A stretch of 64,000 nt of DNA from Marsupella aquatica (taxonomy: Eukaryota; Plantae; Marchantiophyta). A program made the position numbers and the translations under genes. This document shows, piece after piece, positions 54,525-64,000 of the stretch (position 1 is the stretch's first letter; the number at the start of each line of letters is the position of its first letter). The notes below the pieces were generated by a model. The model worked only from the letters and a program-made list of their open reading frames with translations. It searched no databases and had not been told where the DNA came from. The stretch covers positions 8,890,234-8,954,233 of the forward strand of contig OZ316894.1 in NCBI GenBank assembly GCA_973895155.1, in the 5' to 3' direction.

Positions 54525-54610
54525 TGTGACGGAGGGGAATTGAACCCCTAATTGAGAAAGGATCTCAAGTTGCCAATCCGTCACCCCCTATCCTATCCCA
54601 CTACACCCAC
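54525..54610 (-). ncRNA. tRNA-like structure (D-arm-deficient core 54584-54525) with upstream A-box-like sequence
   Basis: GTGACGG/CCGTCAC 7-bp acceptor stem, TTGAGA/TCTCAA stem, AGGGG-TTCAATT-CCCCT T-arm (B-box GGTTCAATTCC), discriminator A. Expression is unknown. Confidence 0.5.
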
Positions 54611-54666
54611 TAATATAAACAAAACAAAATATATATACTCTCAAAAAGTAAACAATAGCATAACAT

Positions 54667-56972
54667 TCATACCATTGTTTGAAGATACTGATCCAATGCA
54701 CGTCTATCTATTGGATCCAAGACATAGATACGATCCATAACCCCTTCTTTCATGGTTAAGCTAACACTAGCAATGACCATTTCAATATCCATCCATTTCA
54801 AATCAGTGGTATCATATCTGAATTCACTTTTGCTCTGACCAATAGGACTATACCAATTTAACAACAGTTCACAAATGCTACCTGATTGCCCTGCAAGTGG
54901 AGTGGGCCTATCCATTAAATCAATTGGTGTCCAACAATTGCCCCACCTACTACCATACTTTTGTCTCATTTGGACAATCCGACCCAACCAAAAATATTTA
55001 TTACCTGCTGAGATTGCCTCCACCGCAGCCTTATTCTTTCCTCCCTTTTTTTTCCAAATCTAGTACTTGGAGCAGGATTATCATTAGACTCAAATGCAAT
55101 TGCACAATCAGTGCCAACATCAACAAAACATGAGTTAGGATTGGCTTCTTGCACTTTTTTCTTGCCAGTACTATAGTATAGCACTTGTTTCACCCTTGTC
55201 AGCCTATCTTTTGACAAATGTGGATTGCCTACCAGCTGGCTTACCAGAGTGGATTTGTAAATCACCTTGCCTTCATAAGTAACAGTAGGCACTACCTTGG
55301 TACAATTTTGCACATTAGTTACAGCATGGACAACTGATCCAAACACATGCCGAACTTCATGGCCTAATGTCTCAAGCTCATCTGTGGGGTCTACATCAAA
55401 CTGTTTATCATCTCTGTGTACATCATCTGAATGCATGTCAGGAATAACAATGGGATCTGGTTCTGTTAACCATGCATCTATTCTATTCAGATCATCCTCA
55501 GGATCTTCCAATTCATGAAATTCTCCAGTTGGGCGAGGGCCTATGTCTGGTGGTTGGTGCTCTACTTGCTCCTCAGAATCATTGCAAACAACTGCTTCCT
55601 TCAGAACCACCTCTAGTGGCCAGGTCTCACTTTCCACAACCCAAGGACATGTCCACCATCTCTTTCTAGCTGCGGGTAAGGAACTTCGTGGAGACATCTG
55701 CAATTGATGCATAAGATCCTTAGCAGCAACAAAACCTTCTTTAAGGGCTGCAACCACTAATTCATTAGTCTCAATGAAAGAATAGTCAAGTATATTTGGT
55801 GCTTCCTCCCCTTCCCCTATAGGATGAATCTTCCCCCATACATGATCTTGCTTCTTATGTGAACGACCTATCTTCAAGCCTTCTGGTCCATATTCCAGGG
55901 CAGCAAGCCGGTTCAGTCCAACAGCACTATCCAACAGAGAGCTAAAATCATAATTTCGCTCATGGCCACTCATGCCTCCTACCTTGCTGAAGAAAATCTC
56001 ACAACAATCCGAACCTAACAAGTGAAAGGGAACACCTAGATGTGGGAACTTATCTTGAAAGGCACAAATTAACAGCACAATGAAATGACATGACATGTTA
56101 ACATCATGAAAGGCCTGAATAGACATCATGTCTTTCTTAGTGTGTGCTGCAAAGTTCCCACCCACTGAATGGTCACCAAACCTCAACCACAATCTCCACA
56201 AACGTAGAAAGAACAAAACCTTGGATGCTAACACAATACGGGACCTCAAGTCACGAATTGGAGAAAAGAAAATATCTAAGTAATCTGCACAAATCTCCAA
56301 GTACAACTGAGTTCCTAAACTTCGTTCATGTCGTACATCTCTCCTCTCATACATATCTTTCAGACATTGTTGCACTCTTCTTGCTGCTATTCGTTGTGGA
56401 CCTGCCCAATTCTACCGGTCAGTCCTATTCACATCATCCCAAGCCATGCCATGTTCATGAATTGGATAATGATTATAGACATTAGCTACATAAGATAAAG
56501 ATGCATGTTGATCTCCTAGCACCAGTAAAGAAGACACTCTGTCTAAGGGGTTTATCATCTTTTTCCCATTATGAGGTTGGTGTTGGTCACCAAAGCTATA
56601 CAAATCCCCATTTGGTAGAATTGAAACAGAGTAAGCCCACCCTTCCCACCCAACTCCGTACCTTGGGTATGATCCATTCTGCCCTCTGTAATCTTCCAGC
56701 ATCAACTTTCGGCGATGTGCATCACCATCACTAGCATGTCCAAGCAAAGGGCCTACCATAGCTCTACAATATTCAGCCTTTAACTGGACCCAATGCTCTC
56801 GTACCCAAGACGTTGTGAACTTATTACAAGTTGGAAGTGCACACACAGCCAATTTAGGTAAGGACTCATGAAGAGGATTCACAATCATAACTCGAGCATA
56901 CATGCACTTGGGGCATTGTTCAAATGTACTTACAATTTTATCATACCCCTTATCACCTTCACCAACTAGAAT
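54667..56972 (-). pseudogene. P-like transposase, catalytic core and C-terminus
   Basis: One frame runs from ILVGEGDKGYDKIV through ARVMIVNPLH, GHASDGD, DQHQPHNGKKMINPL, DR*NWAG (premature TAG at 56412-56414), GTQLYLEICADYLDIF and LGSDCCEIFFSKVGGMSG. A frameshift near 55050 leads into the 54667-55023 ORF. Confidence 0.78.
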
Positions 56973-57683
56973 TTGGGGGGAACACCACCTTATGAAAATC
57001 TAACTTGTAGTGAATGTGATTCTATAACACTAGAAGATGATTTTCGTGGACGGGTGCACAGGGAAGCGGAAGTAGTAGTCCACAGAGGGAGCCGAACCAC
57101 TGCTGGTGGTATACGATTGGATTATTTGACCAACCCAGAGTTAAGAGATCAAGTGCACAAGCTGAACTCTGTGCGACGAAAAGAGCGTTGGTTGTTAGCT
57201 TTGCAGGCTCAGAAAGTATGTGCCTTGAGCACCAGAAAAAGAAAACTAGAGGAGTTGTTAGGAGTTGCAACAGACAGGAAGGATTTGAGATTGTTTCTTA
57301 GGAGTATTTTGAATGGACACAGGAATGGTGCATTTGGTGGTAAGGAGGTTTTGTGGGATTTCTTGAAGGATGTAGCTCGCAATTTAGGCAGGAAGCCAAA
57401 AGGTAATCGTTACAGTAATAGGACTCGAGCTATTGCTCACGCTATGTTCCAATTTGGGGGCCGTCAAGTTGCTCATTGTTTTGCACGAAACTTGACAGCC
57501 CCTAGCCTTGTGACCCTAAAACGTGATAGAGCAAAACTCACACCTTTTCTAACTGGGTTACGGAAGGAAACCTTTCAGGAGATTGCTAGAGTGTTGTCTG
57601 CTGCAAAGCACTCATTGGGCATTGAGGGGGATGTGCCTGTTATCTTTGCTGAGGATGAAACAAGGATCAAAGAACGGGTTTGG
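56973..57683 (+). pseudogene. P-like transposase N-terminal part (inverted), up to the first catalytic Asp
   Basis: CSEC motif, coiled region, GNRYS...NLTAPSLVTLKR helical motif, then VIFAEDETRIKERVW. Confidence 0.72.
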
Positions 57684-57720
57684 AAGGTGAAGGTGATGAG
57701 GGGTATGATAAAATTGTAAG

Positions 57721-58388
57721 GAAGTCTCATGTATTTGATGACTTGCACTAGACCTGATCTTGCCATGGCTATGGGCAAGGTGAGCAGATACATGTCGAAT
57801 CTAGGGGAGGTACACTGGGAAGTAGTGAAGTGGATTATCAGGTACTTGAAGAGTACCGTGGATCATGGTCGTTTATTTGATGCAAATGCAAAGAATGCAA
57901 GATCATTGATTGACTATGTAGATTCTGACTATGGACAAGATCTGGACCGAAAGAGATCAACAACAGGGTACGTATTCACACTTGGTGGTGGATGCATAAG
58001 TTGGAGGTCTACTTTGCAGAAGTGTATTGCTCAGTCTACTACAAAAGCAGAGTATGTTGCAGCAGCAGAAGCAGCGAAGGAAGCCATTTGGTTGGATAGA
58101 CTTATCACTGAAATGAGATTGCCACAGGGGAATATGAAGCTCCATTGTGATAGTCAAAGTGCGCTCCACCTTGCTGTGAACCAGGTGATGGACAATAGAG
58201 TGAAGCACATAGACGTCAGATATCATTTTATCAGGCAAACTATGTCTGATAATTTGTTTGAGCTAGTCAAGATAGAAGGTAAACTCAACCCAGCTGACGC
58301 ATTTACCAAAGTGATTCATTCAAAAAGTTTCTCTAGACATCGTGACATGCTGCAGGTTTTGCAATTGCGTCACAAGGGTTTTTCTTAA
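57721..58388 (+). pseudogene. Copia 2 RT C-terminus / RNase H remnant
   Basis: GSLMYLMTCTRPDL, YVDSDYG, STTKAEY, KHIDVRYHF, NPADAFTK. Confidence 0.93.
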
Positions 58389-58566
58389 CATTCGCTGTAA
58401 TTACTGATATATGCTATTCTTCACTCCTAGTAATAGGCTACGGCTTAGTTCTGGTTTGCTCTAGTTAGAGAGGGGAAACCATGTTGATTTTTGTCCAGAA
58501 CTTTCTGCGAGGAATCATATAGGATAGCAGTATTACCCTCCCCTAGACCAGAGTCAAAGGGGAGAT

Positions 58567-58908
58567 TGCTAGGTATTTACTCAAGGTCTAGAGTTACGAC
58601 ATGTAACCGTACTTAGACTAACCGTGATCGGAGACGTGGTTAGGTTAACTAGGATGCACACTATATGCCAAACGGTGTTTGCTTGGATAAGTGGAACTTA
58701 GGCTCATTGTTATGGAGCCACTTGAGAGATGAGGAGAACTTACACTGTGGAGATTTGGTATGACCGACGAGCTTAGAGTTCAGTAAAGCTCTCTTGTGTG
58801 TTCCCGTGGACGTAACCTCGAGGCGGTGAACCACGTATCTCTTGTGTCGACTACTTGCGTGTTGGATGTGTCATGTGCTTACATTACGAGTGTTGTCTAT
58901 GCTCAACA
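58567..58908 (+). repeat. 3' LTR of copia 2
   Basis: Matches 49305-49647 and is followed by TSD AATTA. Confidence 0.95.
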
Positions 58909-58913
58909 AATTA

Positions 58914-59191
58914 TAGTTAAAAACATACTAGTTAAGGTCCATCAAAATAGTCAAGGTCCATAAAATCTTGAGATTTGGGACCCCCTATTACCTCCTCTAG
59001 GGAGGCTCAGCTGGAGAGTTTAATAGGGGAAAAAGAAACTAAATCAAGGTTCATCAATCTTGAGATTTAGACCCAGACTATTCCATCAATTTTATGTGTA
59101 AATAACCATAACATAGTAGTTAAGGTCCATTAAAATAGTTAAAGGTCCATACAAATTTTGAGATTTGGGGCCCACTATTACCTCCTCTAGG
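58914..59191. repeat. Tandem ~180-210 bp units; the first unit begins at ~49178 and is split by copia 2
   Basis: Units run ctggagagtttaatagggga...tagttaaggtccat...ctattacctcctctag. Confidence 0.7.
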
Positions 59192-59369
59192 GGTGACTAC
59201 CCTACATAGTTAACTGCACAGTTGCAGCCCCACTCTACAGTCTACTCTACAGTCTACTACTGTGCCCCCGCCGAGTCTAACCCCGGACCACAAAAATTGG
59301 GCGCAGCACACAAGTGTGCTCAGAGCAACGGATCTCGCTCGAGAGAAACAACACTCCATCGCTTCGATT

Positions 59370-59383
59370 TCTCTCTCTGTCTC

Positions 59384-59417
<34 letters not shown>

Positions 59418-59823
59418 CACGAGAGCCTTTTAACGGTACAGTAGTGTTCCTCACTTTTTCTGCGTGCGTATCAATCGGTTTCAACGAACTGTGCTTTTGC
59501 CCTGGTTCTTTTGGCCTTTTGGCCCTTTGCTTTTTCTCCCTTGGTTGGGTTTCTTGCCTGAGGGATTTTGTCTCCCGGTTGGGTGCTGTTTGTGTTTTGG
59601 CAGTTTGATATATACTTATACTGTGGGATCCTTGTTACTAGAAGTTTGATTTCGGTTGTCTTTTTTAGCACGAGAGCTCTCGGCTAGATTTTTGGCCAAT
59701 GCGTTGCGTTGCGTTGAGTTCGTTGCTGCTGTTGAATCAGGTCGTTTTCGTGTCTTTCGAGGTGGACCGTGGAGATTCAGGAGAACTGCTACTACTACTA
59801 CTACTACTATTGCTACTACTACT
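59370..59823. repeat. (CT)n and (CTA)n microsatellites in the 5' region of the RPAP3-like gene
   Basis: CT run ~59387-59414; CTA run ~59789-59824. Confidence 0.9.
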
Positions 59824-59910
59824 GTGAAGCAGAGTGTGTTTGTGGATTGGATTAGTTTGTGGAGAGAGAGGCCTCTGCCTGCCTGATTTCTTCCTCAGTT
59901 TCGCTGCATC

Positions 59911-62900
59911 ATGTCTATGGATGTGCAGAGGCAAATTCGGGAGAACACTCTTGTACCGTCCCGCTCTTCTTGTCCCTGTTGAAATGCAAATCCGGCCATG
60001 CCATGTCATGAGATAAAAATCTCCCCTTCGGTCGTTTACGAGAGTCTCTGGTAGTCGGTTTCGGAATCTTGTGTGTTTTGGAATCGCTTTTCACGCATTT
60101 TTCTTGAGGAGGTAGACTAGGAATTGCCTGCTTCGCTCGCCTACCTCGTTGTTGTTTGAATATGAAGTGAGCCCTGCCATTGCGTGTTTTCTCTCTCCAT
60201 TTTAGGGCTCGGACAAACGCCTACGTTGTGAAAATTCATTACCAAGTTCTGTAATTTTTAGAAGAAGCTCATCAATTTCGCTGTAAAGCCACACTTTTTG
60301 ACCATTTGATGCCTTGACAAATGACATTGTTTGCTTTGAACTGATTGGAGAAGCATTTACACGTTTGTTGGGAAATTCTCCAGGAATTAAATGAGTTTCT
60401 GAAGGATCTGAAAGGCTGGGAGCATACAGTCAAGGAGAAGGAGAAGAAACTTCAGAGCCAAGGTCCTGCGAAGGACAATAAGGTTTTGGTATGCTCTCCA
60501 TCGGCGCTGAACGCAATGTGAAATCATCTAGTGATTGTATTTCATATTTTCTCAATCCTCGATTTCAATGTGGACAGTAAGTTGTGCAGTGATAAGAAGT
60601 TCACGGATTGCACGTAACATTTGATGTTGGACTGAAGGGGACTAGCGCTCCACTTCGAAAGCTGCCGACTAGCTCTACGCCTGATGGAAAAGACGTCCAA
60701 CAGACATCTCATAACCAAGTTGAAGTAAAGAAGACACCTGCAAAAGACTCCGAGGGCCGAATCGAGTCAAAGAAGCAGGTTGGATTGCCCAAAAATTCCG
60801 ATAAAGCACCTGCGGGCCACACTTACGATCATGTTCGGGACAAATGGGACAAATTCGATGTGGTATGGACCGTTTCTCCCTTGGCCCCGTCCTTCAATTG
60901 CTTGCCTCTCTTGATATGAAAAGTACTACTCAATGTTGATTATGAACTATGACTCCATTGTCGTTGTCATATAAAGACGCTTGAGATGGTGTACCAATGT
61001 TTACATCAACTAAGTACTTGGGTTGTCGAAGTATCTTGTGTCTCAATGTTATTTTGTTCTGTGTCGTCGCCATTCAGTAGGATGCAGCTCTAAAAGAGTT
61101 AGACAATGAAGATGAAGATGTTCAACCAGTGAAGAAAGTGACAAAGAGGGAGATCCGTCCACCCCGTGGATCGCAGTCCACAAAGAGCGTCGATAAAGTG
61201 AGCGAGGGCCGTCGCAAGGCTTCTGCTGCGTCTCCTTCTTTGCCACCTGGGAAAATACTCGGCGGGGAAACGCAATCGATGGCGGCTACAGGCAAAATTT
61301 CTGACTCTTATGGGTTTGACGATGCACCTCCCGACGCAGCTTCTGAGAAAGACCTCGTGAGTGTTTGTTCTCAACTGAGGAAATCGCTTCAACCCGTTTT
61401 CATGCCAACCTTTCTTTCCATGGCATCAGAGATATGGTGCATCTTTCTGTGCTCGTCTTGCAAGATCGATCTACCTCTTGTTGTGAACAAAGAGCGGTTC
61501 TGGCGCATTGTACGTTCGTGACTCTTGACTTTGTGTCCAGGGCAACGATTATTTCAAGGAAGGAAAATATGTGCGGGCAATCGACTGCTACTCGCGTAGT
61601 ATAGCATTGCAACCAACAGCAGTTGCCTATGCAAACAGGGCCATGGCTGCAATCAAAATTAGAAGGTAGGTGGTGATCTATTAACACTTTCAAGTGAGTG
61701 GAGCATTATGAAAGACATTTCGTTCTGTGCCTACCAGTGCGGGATTTTCTGGTTGCTCTTGTCTCTAAATGAGCTTATACTGGACTGCCCACTCTGTGTT
61801 ACATTTGATAAAGGCAGGTTCGAGGATGCTGAGCTGGACTGTACAGAGGCTATTGCTCTTGATGATCGCTACACGAAGGCATATGCGAGACGTGGCACTG
61901 CAAGAAGGGAGCTTAAAAAATATCCTTCTGCTGCTGAAGGTCCGTGCCAATTTGGAGAACTTATGTCTTGGAAAGTGCTTGATCTGTAGTATTTTGTGAA
62001 GGCTAGAACAAGTAGTTGACTTACTTCTACACATCAATCCAGTCGTCCCGTGAACAAGAGATCCTTGGTTTTGTGATGCAAATCTCACCATTATATGTCA
62101 CTTCAAATTTTATTGCTGTAGATTTTGAATTTGCGCTACGATTGGAGCCTGACAACAAAGAATTGAAAAAGCAATATACAGAAGTAGAGGAGCTTTACCA
62201 AAAGGTTGTTCACCAACTCTATTGAAGACTTTTAAATTTGATGCAGTCTATCTTCTAGAGATGCAAGGGACGTTCATGGTGCCTGTCACCTCTTTGTTCA
62301 ATTTTTGACCTGATTTCGTTGTCGCAATCGCAACTTTGTGAAACGTGACTACCCTATTCTAGTGTGGTTTGGCTATTTCAGTTCAAGATCTTAGTGCGTG
62401 CCGCTCTTTTGATATTTGCAGGAAAGAGGAGGAAAATCGCCCCAGCAGAGAAGCCCTTTTGCTGTTAAAGAAATGGGGGAAAACTTTCCTCCGAAACAGA
62501 AACTAAATCCTGAAAAGCCTACAGTTGGTTTTGTTGATCAGCCTAAAAGTCCATCAACACCTGTTGAAGTAGTCACAGATGCTGTCACAGAAATTATTCC
62601 TAAGGAACAAGCACACTTACTGAGCACTGAAAACAAACCAAGGGAACCTCTAAATGAACTTCCGAAGGAACCTCCGGAGACTAGAGACTTGACCATTGGA
62701 AGAGATGCAGTCCCTGCTACAGTCCCCATCGTCCCGGTTGCCCAGAGGCAGGCAAGTGACATGTCTAGTGTTCATCAGTCATTTCAAAAACGCTGCTTGT
62801 CGGTCTTGATATTTGCGGTGTTAGTTTTGCTGTAATTGTCTTGAATTCATTAGGGCGTCGGAATTCAATTGAGCTGTGGCTTCTTTTCTCAGGGACTTTT

Positions 62901-63843
62901 TGTATCACTTTCTCCAAGGTAATGGATAACGCTTATGATGCAGGCAAGAGTCAGAGACAGGAAAATGGCAGAAGTGGTTGCGGCGACACAGGCTGCTGCT
63001 GCACGCGCAGCGGCGAGTGCTATGGCAGCTGTGTCACGCAACATTGTTGCTCCTAGGTCATCCTACGAATTTGAGTTGACGTGGAAAGGGTTTGAGGGGA
63101 ACAAAGGCTCACAAGTCCGACTTCTTAAGGTGCGCAGCGTTGTAAAGTCCAGTCAAATAGCTGTCACATACACCAGACAGATTTCGCGAATAGGGTTATA
63201 AGAATTTTGAAGAAGCATTTCTGCCTGGCAAGATCTCTGGTAGAAATGTGTTACTAATCTTCTTTATCTTGGATTGTTCTCCAATTGTAGATCATGGATC
63301 CTGTGTCCTTGCCGAAAGTGTTCAAAGATTCCCTAGGTGCTCCTCTGCTTTTGGAAATCATTCAAAGCCTCGAGCTTCTATTTCCGTAAGTCTTGCCGGA
63401 GTGCCCAGCGTTATGCTGTAGTTTGTGGTCACTTTCCTTCAGCTTTGTGTGAATGCTAAAACACTTCTTAATACTGTGTTTCATATTGTAAGCCTGCAAT
63501 ATGTATGCTCTCATTGGAGTTCGTATAATCATGCAGAGAGGATGCAGAGTTAGCCGTACAGATCCTTGAGAACCTTACAAAGGTTGGCAGGTTCAATATG
63601 ACAGTCATGTTCCTGACATCGAAAGACAAGATAGGTATTTTTGACATCCCTCTCTTGTGAATGTTCCCAGATTGATTGGCACTTCAGCTTTCTGTTTTAT
63701 AGCCTCTCCATTGGGTCGGCTAAGTTCTATTGCTACCCTGTCTAACAGGTATGGTACATCTATGGGACGAAGTTTTTACAAAGTCACCTCAGGAACTCCA
63801 GACACGACTACAAGATTTGCGCTCTGCGTATCGGCTTCTGTAA
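59911..63843 (+). CDS. RPAP3: RPAP3/Spaghetti-like TPR co-chaperone (R2TP), 12 exons
   Basis: Exons 59911-59952, 60384-60482, 60638-60862, 61081-61356, 61541-61665, 61818-61939, 62122-62204, 62422-62751, 62944-63129, 63291-63385, 63537-63634 and 63749-63843 are in phase. Motifs: N-terminal QIRENTLELNEFLKDLKGWE, WDKFDVDAAL, TPRs (EKDLGNDYFK, AYANRAMA, KAYARRGTAR), C-terminal RPAP3_C (SSYEFELTW, LPKVFKDSL, VGRFNMTVMFL). Confidence 0.92.
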
Positions 63844-64000
63844 AATTTATATCAGTTGTGTAATCGTTGGAAGTTGGCACCAGTGTAAAGTGTGACGAAA
63901 TACTGGGTTGTGATGTCTAGTGAATATGAAAGTCATTTGAATGCAAGCTGGCCTCGGTTTCCTGCCCACGTGCGCTGAGCTCAGGATGGCCACAAATAGC

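Larger units (their letters stand above)
54065..57720 (-). mobile_element. P-element-like DNA transposon, one terminus retained, internally rearranged
   Basis: Starts with CTCGGGGGTCTCACTATATG exactly where copia homology stops. Carries DDE transposase fragments on both strands. Confidence 0.8.
49305..58908 (+). mobile_element. Ty1/copia LTR retrotransposon 2 (related to copia 1), internally deleted, with three nested insertions
   Basis: LTRs at 49305-49647 and 58567-58908 (about 20 substitutions plus 1 indel by hand count). TSD AATTA, PBS at 49650-49661, PPT ~58556-58565. gag from 52451, PR to ~54064, RT C-terminus/RNase H 57721-58388. Confidence 0.95.

Noticed and set aside
54525-54610. 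Canonical tRNA gene
   Set aside because: No D-arm and no 7-nt anticodon loop; kept only as a tRNA-like element.
56973-57719. Independent 248-aa gene or copia env-like ORF
   Set aside because: Starts at a non-ATG rearrangement junction, ends in an out-of-frame duplicated piece, and is better explained as the inverted transposase N-terminus.

Overview
Eukaryotic nuclear DNA from a land plant. A bryophyte or liverwort is my inference from gene content and intron style; it is not proven. Six host genes were reconstructed by hand from splice sites: an intronless ENPP-type nucleotide pyrophosphatase, a signal-peptide glycine-zipper protein of unknown function, UBC27 (E2 + UBA), a PI4K/FAM20-fold probable pseudokinase, an RCI2/PMP3 proteolipid and an RPAP3-like TPR co-chaperone. 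Two related, decayed Ty1/copia LTR elements have complete termini (LTRs, 5-bp TSD, Met PBS, PPT), and several DNA transposons are nested in or around them. The most notable signal is a coherent P-element-like DNA transposon family: a disrupted DDE transposase with P-type motifs, two matching 20-bp termini (CTCGGGGGTCTCACTATATG), two related ~288-bp MITEs with perfect 8-bp TSDs, and a 60-nt tRNA-like fold just downstream of the transposase stop. Both copia elements also carry an in-frame TGA at the same gag/pol position, suggesting stop-codon readthrough. All family assignments rest on motif recognition by eye; no database searches were run.
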